64,000 nt of DNA from Parcubacteria group bacterium GW2011_GWA2_42_14 (GTDB lineage: Bacteria; Patescibacteriota; Minisyncoccia; Sungbacterales; GWA2-42-14). Position 1 is the first letter of the stretch; the number at the start of each line of letters is the position of its first letter. Shown one piece after another: positions 27,033 to 35,644 of this stretch. Location of the stretch: assembly GCA_000998135.1 (NCBI GenBank), contig LCCV01000001.1:8958-72957 (forward strand), read 5' to 3'. A program made the position numbers and the translations under genes. Under the pieces are notes generated by a model. The model did no database searches and was not told the DNA's origin. It saw only the letters and a list, made by a program, of their open reading frames with translations.

Positions 27033-27159
27033 AATCCCAAATTCCAATTTCCAAATCTCAAATAAATTCTAAAATCAAATGTTCAAAATTTTTTTTGAAT
27101 TTTGGATTTCGGTAATTCGATATTATTTAGGATTTGATGCTTAGAATTTGGGATTTCAC

Positions 27160-27205
27160 CCCCCGAAATTATTTAATCGCGATTAAATAATTTCGGGGGG
27201 TGACA
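27160..27205. repeat. Perfect 21-bp-arm palindrome whose right arm is the 5' acceptor strand of the tmRNA.
   Basis: Sequence caccccccgaaattatttaatcgc|gattaaataatttcggggggtg. Confidence 0.7.
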
Positions 27206-27653
27206 GGCTTCGACAGGTCATTGAAAGCATTAAAAATCGGGTGGAAGACGTGGAGTAACTTCCTAAAATAATCTTCACAAAAATAAGTGCAAACTTATTG
27301 TCACGAGCAAAAGCAGTTTTTGCGTCAATTTTTGACACAACCGACTCATTTGCTCCAGCTTTTGCCTAACGGTAAAAGCGACTTGTTGCGATAGTAATAT
27401 CGCAACCATCGTCATAACTGGCGCTTGACCGGTTATCAAACGGTGTCATATACTCAAGCTTAATCGATTGATTTTTTCGGGATTAGTCGATGACAAATTT
27501 TCCGAAAGGGATTATGAGTGTTTTGCCTAATTCATAATTCATAATTCCCTGCCCCGAGTTAAATCGAGGGGTTAAACAATAATTCGGCTATCGCCCGTAC
27601 AAATTTTTGATGTAATATGCATCTGGACATGGGTTCGATTCCCATCACTTCCA
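27195..27653 (+). ncRNA. ssrA: tmRNA (ssrA).
   Basis: The 5' end GGGGGUGACAGGCUUCGACAGG matches the tmRNA consensus. The 3' end has a T-arm (auggg-UUCGAUU-cccau) followed by an acceptor strand CACUUCC and a discriminator A, then the sequence continues UCG, so no CCA is encoded. The acceptor stem pairs with a G3.U70 wobble, the Ala identity element. A resume-codon context AAAUAAGUGCAAAC resembles E. coli AAUAGUCGCAAAC. The gene lies immediately downstream of smpB. Confidence 0.8.
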
Positions 27654-27667
27654 TCGAATAAAAATAA

Positions 27668-27706
27668 AACTACCTATTGGGTAGTTTTATTTTTGTGCGA
27701 TTCAAA
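27668..27706 (+). terminator. Terminator downstream of the tmRNA.
   Basis: Stem aaactacc-tatt-ggtagttt followed by tatttttgtg. Confidence 0.6.
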
Positions 27707-27836
27707 TGGAATCTTCCGTTAAACCGCTGAAATTTTGTGTGAATTAGGGTCTTATGTTACTTTTTTGAGACGTATTCGATAATTTTATCCCAATCTAGAT
27801 TATCTTTGATGTAAAAAAGATTAACCACGTCCTTTG

Positions 27837-28028
27837 TCATTTCGTTGGTTTTCTTAAACCTAAAGAATAATCGATTGCTTCATCAATAACATCATACCAA
27901 GAAATCCTATCTCCTATTGGTTCAATTACCTTTTCTATTTCATTCTTGGTTAACCGCCTCCCATAAGTTTCTTTTGCTACTTGTTGAATATCTGTAACGG
28001 TAAGTTTGTAGATCGTCTTGTTTTTCAT
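27837..28028 (-). CDS. Small hypothetical protein.
   Basis: A 63-aa ORF at the edge of the island downstream of ssrA. Confidence 0.3.
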   Translation of the reverse strand: MKNKTIYKLTVTDIQQVAKETYGRRLTKNEIEKVIEPIGDRISWYDVIDEAIDYSLGLRKPTK

Positions 28029-28284
28029 GGTGTATTTAATTTAGAAATAAAAAATATTTTCACGATGCCATCGAGTTGAACTTCGATGCGGGTAGATTTC
28101 TTTTCTCTTTGGCAAAATAATTTTGTAGCCTTTACTCGATAAAACCCTAATGAAGTCATAATTTCCCATTCTCCCAAAATTAGACGGTAGAGAACTTACT
28201 TTCGGTGAAACTTTAATCTTGGAAAAATGTGCCTGGTGACTGACATCATTTTCATTTTTCTAACACCATTTTTTCTTTTTAGAA

Positions 28285-29136
28285 CTAAGCAACAAACCCT
28301 GAAGAAGCAATACCTGAATCATTTATTCTTTTTAATGCAAGTTTACAATAATGTTTATTATTATCTATGCCTATAAATTTTCTGCCGGTCATTTGAGCTA
28401 CAACAGGAAGAGTGCCGCTGCCCATAAATGGGTCAATAATAATATCTCCTTTATTGCTTGTACCGACGACTAGACGATTTATAAGCTCGACTGGTTTTTG
28501 TGAAGGATGTTTGCCATGTCTTTTTTCAGAAATAGAGGTTGATGGTATATCCCACATGTTTCTCATTTGTATACCGCCGTTTATTTCCTTAAGTTTTTTA
28601 TAATTAAAAATCCAGTTTTTTGCATTTTTTTTAGTTTCGTTCACAGCCCAAATTATATGCTCCGTACTTTCGCATAACATTCGCTGAGTAACATTAGGGA
28701 AAGCATTCCGCTTATACCAGATAATAGAATTTATCAATTTGCGATTTAGGTTTTGTAAGATAGTGCCAATTTGATATATGTTGTGATACGAACCGAAAAC
28801 AATAATATTGCCGTTTGGTTTGACAACCCTAGCCACTTCAAAAAGCCAATCTTTAGTGAATGATAAGTAATCGTCATCTGAAAATTTATCCCACCCTGCA
28901 TCGATTTTTGAAAAGTTTTTCTCTTTTGTCCAAACCTCATTAGATTGGAGCCAGCCGATTTTTTTCTTATGATCATAGCCAGAAATATTATAAGGCGGAT
29001 CGGTAATACAGTGGTCAACTGAATGACTCGGAAGCGACCTAAGAATTTTAATGGCATCGCCAAAAACCAAAGAACTTTCTCGGGTAGTGTCAATTTCCTC
29101 TTTTAATGATATGCTTTTCATCGATGAATACTTCAA
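28285..29136 (-). CDS. DNA methyltransferase of the beta class (N6-adenine or N4-cytosine).
   Basis: Motif IV DPPY (HCITDPPYNI) lies N-terminal and motif I FxGSG (DPFMGSGT) C-terminal, the beta-class order. A ParB/SPOUT-free core of about 280 aa. Confidence 0.8.
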   Translation of the reverse strand: MKYSSMKSISLKEEIDTTRESSLVFGDAIKILRSLPSHSVDHCITDPPYNISGYDHKKKIGWLQSNEVWTKEKNFSKIDAGWDKFSDDDYLSFTKDWLFEVARVVKPNGNIIVFGSYHNIYQIGTILQNLNRKLINSIIWYKRNAFPNVTQRMLCESTEHIIWAVNETKKNAKNWIFNYKKLKEINGGIQMRNMWDIPSTSISEKRHGKHPSQKPVELINRLVVGTSNKGDIIIDPFMGSGTLPVVAQMTGRKFIGIDNNKHYCKLALKRINDSGIASSGFVA

Positions 29137-30101
29137 ACGTAGACAATCTTATAAATCAGTTGAAACAACTTCAATCCGATTTCCATGCTACATTCGGCGT
29201 TACCGATATTATAACAAATAGTAAGATATTTGAGATCCTCATTGCCAACTCCCTTGACCATATTCTTATTCCTGGTCATTCAGGATCTCGCGACGCAAAA
29301 GACGCTACGGGCAAAGAATTCGAATATAAACATTATAAGGAAAGTAGCTCAAATCATTCGTGGACTTTTAATGACTTCTCCGACACTACTATTACCAAAC
29401 TAGCCAATACTAAGGCGGTTATTTTTGCACATATACAGGATGCGGATTTGCCGTTTCCAAAATTTGACTGGTATTACGAAGTGTCAGGCCGAGTAATATC
29501 AGATTATTTGGCAAAAGCTACCCGGAAAATAAAAAATAACAGGAAAATGATCAATGTGAGTCCTAAGCAAATTGAAGAACGCATGGGACTCACCAAACAG
29601 ATAGTAAGTCATTCCTCCGGCCGTTATTCTTCTTGGATCAAACGCATTATTGATGTTGCCGGTAAGATTGAAATTGAAGTCGGTACGGTCGGTATTCTCA
29701 CGAGTAATAAATTTTGGGAAGTTTTAGTTGCGCTTAAGTTGGGTCATAGGGTTCAATCCGAACAGGCCAAACATGACGCCACCGATAAAGCCGGCAATAT
29801 GTACGAGTATAAAGTGGCAAAAGGATCAAGTTGGAGTTTCCAAGATATTTCAAATGATGTTTTGCGTAAATATCTTTCCGACCAAAATATTATTTTGGCT
29901 TGTGTCGATAAGGACGATTTTTTGGTTAAGAAAATATATGTTGCCAACACTAAAAAGATTGTTGGCTTGTTAAGAAAAAAACTGCGTGAAAAAAAACGAC
30001 GGTACTCTCTACTGGGAAAGGAAGTTCGGCGAAAACAAATATCACTTACTGTAAAAGATCTAAGAAATATTCGAACAAAACTGATATATTCGGCTGACTA
30101 A
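29106..30101 (+). CDS. Putative restriction endonuclease: a tandem-duplicated PD-(D/E)xK domain on a single chain.
   Basis: Two internally repeated halves each carry D-x(n)-E-Y-K (GSRDAKDATGKEFEYKHYKESSSNHSWTFNDF and EQAKHDATDKAGNMYEYKVAKGSSWSFQDI). The gene is divergently overlapped with one methyltransferase and convergent with the second. Confidence 0.45.
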   Translation: MICFSSMNTSNVDNLINQLKQLQSDFHATFGVTDIITNSKIFEILIANSLDHILIPGHSGSRDAKDATGKEFEYKHYKESSSNHSWTFNDFSDTTITKLANTKAVIFAHIQDADLPFPKFDWYYEVSGRVISDYLAKATRKIKNNRKMINVSPKQIEERMGLTKQIVSHSSGRYSSWIKRIIDVAGKIEIEVGTVGILTSNKFWEVLVALKLGHRVQSEQAKHDATDKAGNMYEYKVAKGSSWSFQDISNDVLRKYLSDQNIILACVDKDDFLVKKIYVANTKKIVGLLRKKLREKKRRYSLLGKEVRRKQISLTVKDLRNIRTKLIYSAD

Positions 30102-31432
30102 AATAATTTTTTAGGTAAATTTTCTATTCTGTCCAATGATTGTTTCCAATACTGTTTTGATATCTCAAAACCAATATAATTTCTTTTCGCTTCGATACAA
30201 GCAACTGCGGTGGTCCCGCTACCCATAAATGGATCGAGAACCACATCCCCCTCTTTTGTGGTTAAGTTGATTAGTTTTTTAATCAACTCGACGGGTTTTT
30301 GTGTTGGGTGTATTCTACTTTTTCCTTTTGGTGCTTGAATTTTGATAATATTATGTTCGTAGGTGCTATTCCATACGGCCCCGGGCCTCTTTCCGATCAC
30401 TACCGCTTCCCACGCATTAAGAAATCTGGACTTTGCGTTTAGGGGAATGGGGTCTGGTTTTTGCCAAACAAGAACATCTATTGCTATAAATCCATTTTTT
30501 TCTAAACCATCAATAAAAAATCCGACATCTTTTTTTGCACAAAAGGTCATCATCCAACCCTTTGTCTTTTTTAACGCAATATCAAACCACTCTTTATTAA
30601 ACGTATCCCATTCACCAAAGTTAAAATTTAATTTTGCTGTCGTTCCGAGTCTTTGGCCCTTACAATTAAGCTCCCTGCTAATACCGTATGGGGGATCTGT
30701 TACTATCAAATCAACAGATTCATTGGGAAATTTTTGTAATTCTGCTACAGCATCTCCGCAAATAATTTTATTCAACGGTAGTTTTGAATATTGTTGTACC
30801 AATATTGCGGGCTTAGATTGATTAATTGGAGTAGTACTTTCATTTCTAATAACATCAACGACTATTCCCTGAATGGTGATCTCACGACCATTTTGTAATA
30901 TAATCGGTTCCATGCCTCTATTCGCCGGTTGCAAACGAATATGCCCACGCTCTTTATAAAATTTCTTTAGAGTTGCTTCGTGATTGTCTATAAGAGCTAC
31001 CACCTTCTGTCCGTTCTCGGCTGTTTCTTGTTGACGGACCAAAACAACATCACCGTCGTTGATATTTTCATCCACCATACTATTTCCAACCACGCGGAGA
31101 GCATAAACACCTGACGCATGAGGAAATTTACTTTTTGGTACAGCAATCATCTCTTTTTCTTGGACTGCTTCAATTGGCTCTCCGGCTGCAATAGTTCCCA
31201 ATAAAGGAATTCTTACTAACTTTTCTGTTTTTGAAACTTCGATGCTTCTTCGTTGATTTTTTTGCTTATCCAAATAACCTTTTGTCTTCAATGCTTCAAC
31301 GTGCTGATGAACAGTCGCAACAGATGACAAATGAAAACCCCTCTTAATCTCCTCCAGGGATGGGGAATAACCATATTTCTTATTGTATCCCTTAATAAAA
31401 TCCAGTATTTGTTTTTGTCTTTTTGTAAACAT
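30098..31432 (-). CDS. Fusion of a LexA-like repressor (HTH plus S24 peptidase) to a DNA methyltransferase.
   Basis: Residues 1-~205 contain a LexA winged HTH (RQKQILDFIKGY...VHQHVEALKTKGYL), the AAG cleavage site (IAAGEPIEA), the S24 catalytic Ser (VVGNSMVD) and Lys (ATLKKF). Residues ~206-444 contain DPPY (LIVTDPPYGI) followed by FxGSG (DPFMGSGT). Confidence 0.8.
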   Translation of the reverse strand: MFTKRQKQILDFIKGYNKKYGYSPSLEEIKRGFHLSSVATVHQHVEALKTKGYLDKQKNQRRSIEVSKTEKLVRIPLLGTIAAGEPIEAVQEKEMIAVPKSKFPHASGVYALRVVGNSMVDENINDGDVVLVRQQETAENGQKVVALIDNHEATLKKFYKERGHIRLQPANRGMEPIILQNGREITIQGIVVDVIRNESTTPINQSKPAILVQQYSKLPLNKIICGDAVAELQKFPNESVDLIVTDPPYGISRELNCKGQRLGTTAKLNFNFGEWDTFNKEWFDIALKKTKGWMMTFCAKKDVGFFIDGLEKNGFIAIDVLVWQKPDPIPLNAKSRFLNAWEAVVIGKRPGAVWNSTYEHNIIKIQAPKGKSRIHPTQKPVELIKKLINLTTKEGDVVLDPFMGSGTTAVACIEAKRNYIGFEISKQYWKQSLDRIENLPKKLF

Positions 31433-31716
31433 GTTGATTTTATTATAAAATATACTATACCGAAAGAAAACCGAAAGTTATCCACAGTTAAGCACTTGTA
31501 CTTACGAATAACTGTTATAGAATAATTTTGAAACGCGTTTTTTATAAGGATGGCGGGAATGAAATGACCATCCATGCAACTCTGCTACGCGGGGGGTCAT
31601 TAGGCCTGTTGCTTATTAAGATTTTAGCCGTTTTTTTAAAAAATTAGTGGCTTAAAATAAGGGTTTTTTGCATCAAATTTTCCCAAAAAATTATTAAGCA
31701 ACATCATATTTTTCCA

Positions 31717-32376
31717 GTGTCCTGGTATCCGGATTCAACCCCCGAAAACCTTGAAAAATGGACTGCTCCTTCCTGTGAAGAGTGTAATCAGAAACTTGGA
31801 AAAATTGAATCTGAAATATGCCTTCGGGTTGGACCTGCTACAAATCCATCTGATTCGGCCGCATCAGGGATTGCCGAGTCAACCATGCGAAGAATTAAGC
31901 CCGATTTAGCCCGAGATTCGCGAAGCAAGGGAAGAAAGATTGCCGAATTAAAAAAACTTTTTAAGGAGTTCGTAGTAACGACAAATTTACCTCCTGCGAT
32001 AATGAAAAACTTTGGCCCAAGTAATAAAAGCACACGTTATCATATTCTTTTCCTCCCTTATGATAAACTACTTGATCCTTTTGCTGAAAAAATTATTAGG
32101 GGACTTGAATATAAATTATACAATCGATTTGTAACCCGTGATAAAATCATAAGACCAGTATATCTTCCGGACTCAACCCATTTTAATGAAATCGAACAAC
32201 TAAAAGAAATTATTAAACAAAACGGAAAAGAAACAAATCGGGGTCCGGGATTTATTATTGAACATGCACACGACAAACATGGTACGTTTTTATATCACAT
32301 AACAATCTGGGGTAAATTTAAATTTTGGGCTGATGTGACTTCTAAGCATTTGGAGGGTGGTTCTAACCAAATCTGA
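31717..32376 (+). CDS. Hypothetical protein.
   Basis: A 219-aa ORF with a GTG start, adjacent to the R-M module. Confidence 0.35.
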   Translation: MSWYPDSTPENLEKWTAPSCEECNQKLGKIESEICLRVGPATNPSDSAASGIAESTMRRIKPDLARDSRSKGRKIAELKKLFKEFVVTTNLPPAIMKNFGPSNKSTRYHILFLPYDKLLDPFAEKIIRGLEYKLYNRFVTRDKIIRPVYLPDSTHFNEIEQLKEIIKQNGKETNRGPGFIIEHAHDKHGTFLYHITIWGKFKFWADVTSKHLEGGSNQI

Positions 32377-32736
32377 AATTTCTTAAAAAATCACAAATTA
32401 GCGTTTGTATTACACCGTGCCCCCAACAAATTCATATTAAAAATGATAGTTTTCTGAAAAGAAACAGGTTCTCCTCCTTCGTTAAAACTTAGGCGGACAA
32501 GTAACTTGATTCATTAACCTCCATGCTAAAACAAAAAATCCCTCAAGAGATTTTTTGTTCGCATACACGCGCCTTCGGCAAATTAGGACACCATTTTTTG
32601 AAAAAGGCCGCCTGTCTTCCATACCTAACGGCTTTTCCAGTGCAACAATAAGATTTTTTTGCTGAAGCTCAAGGTTTTCCACCATAGAAACGGCGAGTAT
32701 GCGTTTAAAATATCTTTTTTGCAATTACAAAAAGTT

Positions 32737-32768
32737 GACACCCATTTTTTCCGCCGTGTTATAATAAA
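32737..32768 (+). promoter_or_regulatory. Putative promoter for the permease gene; the transcript may be leaderless.
   Basis: TTGACA, then (tg)TTATAAT after a 17-19-nt spacer. The ATG at 32772 lies about 5 nt after the -10 element. Confidence 0.4.
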
Positions 32769-32771
32769 TTC

Positions 32772-33593
32772 ATGCCCGTAACATTCATCCCAACCCTTCT
32801 TGAATACGCAGGGGCCATACTCCCGTGGCTTGTTTTTGGTTCATTTATTGCCTACGCTGTTGAACGCCGCGTTTCGAAAGAAAGAATCAAAAAATACTTC
32901 GGCACGGCGACGGTGGGTAAATTTGTTTTCGCGCAGATTTTGGGAATGATTTCGCCGTTAAGCATCATGTCACAGTTGCCAGTTGCCGGTTCACTCGTGA
33001 AACTCGGAGCGCACCCCGGGCTTCTCTTGAGCTTCTTCGTCGCTGAGCGCGCGTACGACTTACAGTCGTTTCCCATTATCATCGGATTATTCGGGTTGAA
33101 ATTCGCCGTTCTGAACGCGGCAGCGATTTTCTTATCATTGCTTATAGCCGCCCTCGCGGTTCGCAATCTTTCCCTAACCGTAAAATCAGGCGCGGCTCCG
33201 GACTATAGCGGTTTTTGGACACGGCAAGGTAAAATCGCGGGCGTCGTGGTCATTGGCATCATAATTGGCGCAGCGCTCCGGGCGCTCGCGCCCGAAAACG
33301 CGTTCCGCGAAATCACGCATGAACCATTCGGCGGAATTCTAACGGCGCTTGCGATCGGTTTTGTGCTTTACTTCGGCACCATTCTCGGCAATTACCCGAC
33401 TGCAAAAGCATTTGCCGATCTTGGCATGCATCCTGCCGGCGTATTCGCCTTCATGACCGTTTCTCCCGTTTTCAATATAGTCATCATGTTCTTATTTGCC
33501 TCGGCTATACAGCCCCGATTCATCTTCCGGCAATTCGGCATCTACGCGATAACCGCGCTCTTGCTTACCGTCGCCTCCTCTTTACTATTATAA
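32772..33593 (+). CDS. Predicted permease of the COG0701/DUF318 (YraQ-like) family.
   Basis: A 273-aa protein with eight TM helices. Its GC content is well above the surrounding genome. Confidence 0.45.
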   Translation: MPVTFIPTLLEYAGAILPWLVFGSFIAYAVERRVSKERIKKYFGTATVGKFVFAQILGMISPLSIMSQLPVAGSLVKLGAHPGLLLSFFVAERAYDLQSFPIIIGLFGLKFAVLNAAAIFLSLLIAALAVRNLSLTVKSGAAPDYSGFWTRQGKIAGVVVIGIIIGAALRALAPENAFREITHEPFGGILTALAIGFVLYFGTILGNYPTAKAFADLGMHPAGVFAFMTVSPVFNIVIMFLFASAIQPRFIFRQFGIYAITALLLTVASSLLL

Positions 33594-33750
33594 ATATAAA
33601 ATCTTGTTTGTCTGTCATATAGACAAATTCAAAATCCAAACACAAATTCTGTCATTCAACAGAATCCCCTCGACACAGTTCAAGACAGACAACTTGTTAC
33701 GGCATTGCATAATTCAGAAAAACTGTTAGAATGACGGCAGCCCAATAATA

Positions 33751-34242
33751 ATGGGGAAGAAGATACGCATGCTTCAACCAAAAGTAGTATCCGACTCAAG
33801 CATGGAATTTTACCCGTATGAGATATTTCCCAACGACCTTAATCCTAATAACACGGTATTCGGCGGCACGGTTTTACAACTGATAGACCGCATAGCAGGC
33901 GGCATTGCCCAGCGCCACACGAGCAAAGTATGCGTAACGCTTTTTATTGATTCCGTAAGATTTTTAGCTCCAGGACGGCAAGGTGAAACACTTGTCTTTA
34001 AAGGCGCGGTTAATCGCGCATGGAACACCTCAATGGAAATAGGAATCAAGGTCTATGCGAAGAATTTTCGCACAGGAGAAGAACGGCATATTGTTTCAGC
34101 ATATCTTACATTCGTCGCCCTTGACGACAACGGACACCCGACCCCAATACCGCCAATTATGCCAAAAACAGAGGACGAAAAGCGCCGGTTCAACGAAGCC
34201 CAAACCCGCCGGGAACACCGGCTTGCCGTCGGAAAAAGATAA
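33751..34242 (+). CDS. Acyl-CoA thioesterase of the hotdog fold (YciA/4HBT-like).
   Basis: IFPNDLNPNNTVFGGTVLQLIDRIAGGIAQRH...VTLFIDSVRFLAPGRQGETLVFKGAVNRAWNTSMEIGIKV matches the family signature. Confidence 0.75.
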   Translation: MGKKIRMLQPKVVSDSSMEFYPYEIFPNDLNPNNTVFGGTVLQLIDRIAGGIAQRHTSKVCVTLFIDSVRFLAPGRQGETLVFKGAVNRAWNTSMEIGIKVYAKNFRTGEERHIVSAYLTFVALDDNGHPTPIPPIMPKTEDEKRRFNEAQTRREHRLAVGKR

Positions 34243-34259
34243 GATTTATTCGCCGCACT

Positions 34260-34634
34260 TTGCGGCTTTTTTATTTTTTACTCTTACACCGTAAACCCTC
34301 TGTATTCATTCTGAATTTTATAGTATACTGTAACTATTACATGAACACTATTATTAAAGCAGATATTTTTTTCTTCATTACCACGATTGCGGTTATTGCG
34401 CTTTCCGCTGTTTTTGTGGTAATTTTGATATATGTAATCCGCATTTTAAGGAATGTTAAAGATATTTCCGGGGACGTAAAACACATCTCGGACCAGGCGC
34501 GAAAAGGAAGCGATGTGCTCGCTAAAGATATATCCGAATTAAGAAATGATGTTAAAAAAAGGGGCGTAAGATTGAAAGAATTGCTTAATTTTTTCAAAAA
34601 TATTTTTATCATAAACAAAGGTCGAAAACGTTAA
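34260..34634 (+). CDS. Small TM protein, hypothetical.
   Basis: A 124-aa ORF with two TM helices. Confidence 0.3.
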   Translation: MRLFYFLLLHRKPSVFILNFIVYCNYYMNTIIKADIFFFITTIAVIALSAVFVVILIYVIRILRNVKDISGDVKHISDQARKGSDVLAKDISELRNDVKKRGVRLKELLNFFKNIFIINKGRKR

Positions 34635-34650
34635 TTCAAAACAAATCAAC

Positions 34651-35007
34651 ATGAAAAAAATAACAAAAATAAAAATTGCCACGGGGGTCAAAATTGGAGC
34701 CGCGACTGCAGCGGCCGCGGGAGTAGCCGCCGGAATATATCTTCTCTCCGGAAAACACGGCGCGAAAAACCGTAAAAAACTTAAAGGATGGGCGACCAAG
34801 GCGCGAAAAGAAGTTGCTTATGAAATGAAGCGCCTTAAAAAATTTGACAGGAAAGCATACGAAAAAATACTCCAAGGAGTCGCCATGAGGTATAAATCCC
34901 TAAGGGGGGTTAGCTCTCAGGAAATTAAAAAGGTTTTAGGAGAACTCCGGGGGGACTGGAAAAATATACAAAAACACGTTTCGCAAATCGCGCAAAATAA
35001 AAAATAG
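34651..35007 (+). CDS. Hypothetical, YtxH-like: N-terminal TM followed by a Lys-rich helical tail.
   Basis: A 118-aa ORF followed by a strong terminator. Confidence 0.35.
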   Translation: MKKITKIKIATGVKIGAATAAAAGVAAGIYLLSGKHGAKNRKKLKGWATKARKEVAYEMKRLKKFDRKAYEKILQGVAMRYKSLRGVSSQEIKKVLGELRGDWKNIQKHVSQIAQNKK

Positions 35008-35059
35008 CCCCATATACCCGCGCAAAACAGTTCTAAAGAATATATCTAATGTGTATTAA

Positions 35060-35097
35060 AAAAGGCCAGCATATATGCTGGCCTTTTTGGTTATCAA
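35060..35097. terminator. Bidirectional intrinsic terminator.
   Basis: Sequence aaaaaaggccagcatatatgctggcctttttgg. Confidence 0.65.
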
Positions 35098-35179
35098 ATT
35101 AATTGTGAAAGGAAGAGATAATACGATTGAAAAACTATATTAAAAAATCCAGTAAATACTGGTTTTTTCGCACGTGCTA

Positions 35180-35207
35180 TTGACTTTTTATTTTAAAAAT
35201 GCTATAA
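35180..35207 (+). promoter_or_regulatory. Near-consensus sigma70 promoter.
   Basis: TTGACT at 35180-85, a 16-nt spacer, TATAAT at 35202-07. It is followed by a ~120-nt leader containing a 16-bp imperfect hairpin (cttgcgacacaatagg...ccttattgcgtcgcaag) and the SD aaggag. Confidence 0.55.
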
Positions 35208-35334
35208 TTAAATTACAAAAAATAGTTCTTTTTCATACCACTTTTCTTGCGACACAATAGGTTAGAAAGAATTCTGCCTTATTGCGTCGCAAGAAATCAA
35301 CGAAACAAAACCCAAACCATTACGAAGGAGCGAG

Positions 35335-35622
35335 ATGACACGGGAAGAGTTTGCCGCACGAATCCATTGGTCCTGGATAATCTGGTTTTTGGGTATTGTC
35401 AACATCGTCGCGGTGCTGCCGCAGTTCGCGCAGCTCTGGCTGACGAGAAAAACTGAGGGTTTGTCGCTCACGATGTTCACTCTCATTTTCCTCGTACAGG
35501 TGGCATATAGCCTGCAGGGATTCTTCAGGCGAGATGCCATGCTGATGTGGACCGTAGGACTTGCCGGCATCCTTTCACTCGCCACGATATTCTCGGCTCT
35601 CTTCATGCGATACTTCAACTAA
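35335..35622 (+). CDS. SemiSWEET / PQ-loop family small transporter.
   Basis: A 95-aa, 3-TM protein with the PQ motif in TM1 (VAVLPQFAQLWLTRKTEGLSLTMF). A strong SD, aaggag, precedes it. GC content is ~55-60%, versus under 40% for the genome. Confidence 0.55.
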   Translation: MTREEFAARIHWSWIIWFLGIVNIVAVLPQFAQLWLTRKTEGLSLTMFTLIFLVQVAYSLQGFFRRDAMLMWTVGLAGILSLATIFSALFMRYFN

Positions 35623-35644
35623 AAAGAAACCCGGCAAAGGAGGA

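Noticed and set aside
28029-28284. A degraded HicA-like toxin or integrase remnant in the 250-bp gap between the small ORF and the first methyltransferase.
   Set aside because: The only resemblance is a TRHIF / GYKIILPKRK fragment split across frames and in the wrong order for HicA. The similarity is too weak to call a pseudogene.
31433-31716. A definite LexA (SOS) box upstream of the LexA-methyltransferase fusion.
   Set aside because: Candidate palindromes exist (ACAGTT-N18-AACTGT and AAACGCGTTT), but neither matches a known LexA-box consensus (CTGT-N8-ACAG, GAAC-N4-GTTC and similar). The operator cannot be called from sequence alone.
32482-32724. ORF 32482-32724(-), 80 aa, as a real gene.
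   Set aside because: It lies in the promoter or leader region of the permease gene, has no supporting motif, and its composition is unremarkable. It is left unannotated.
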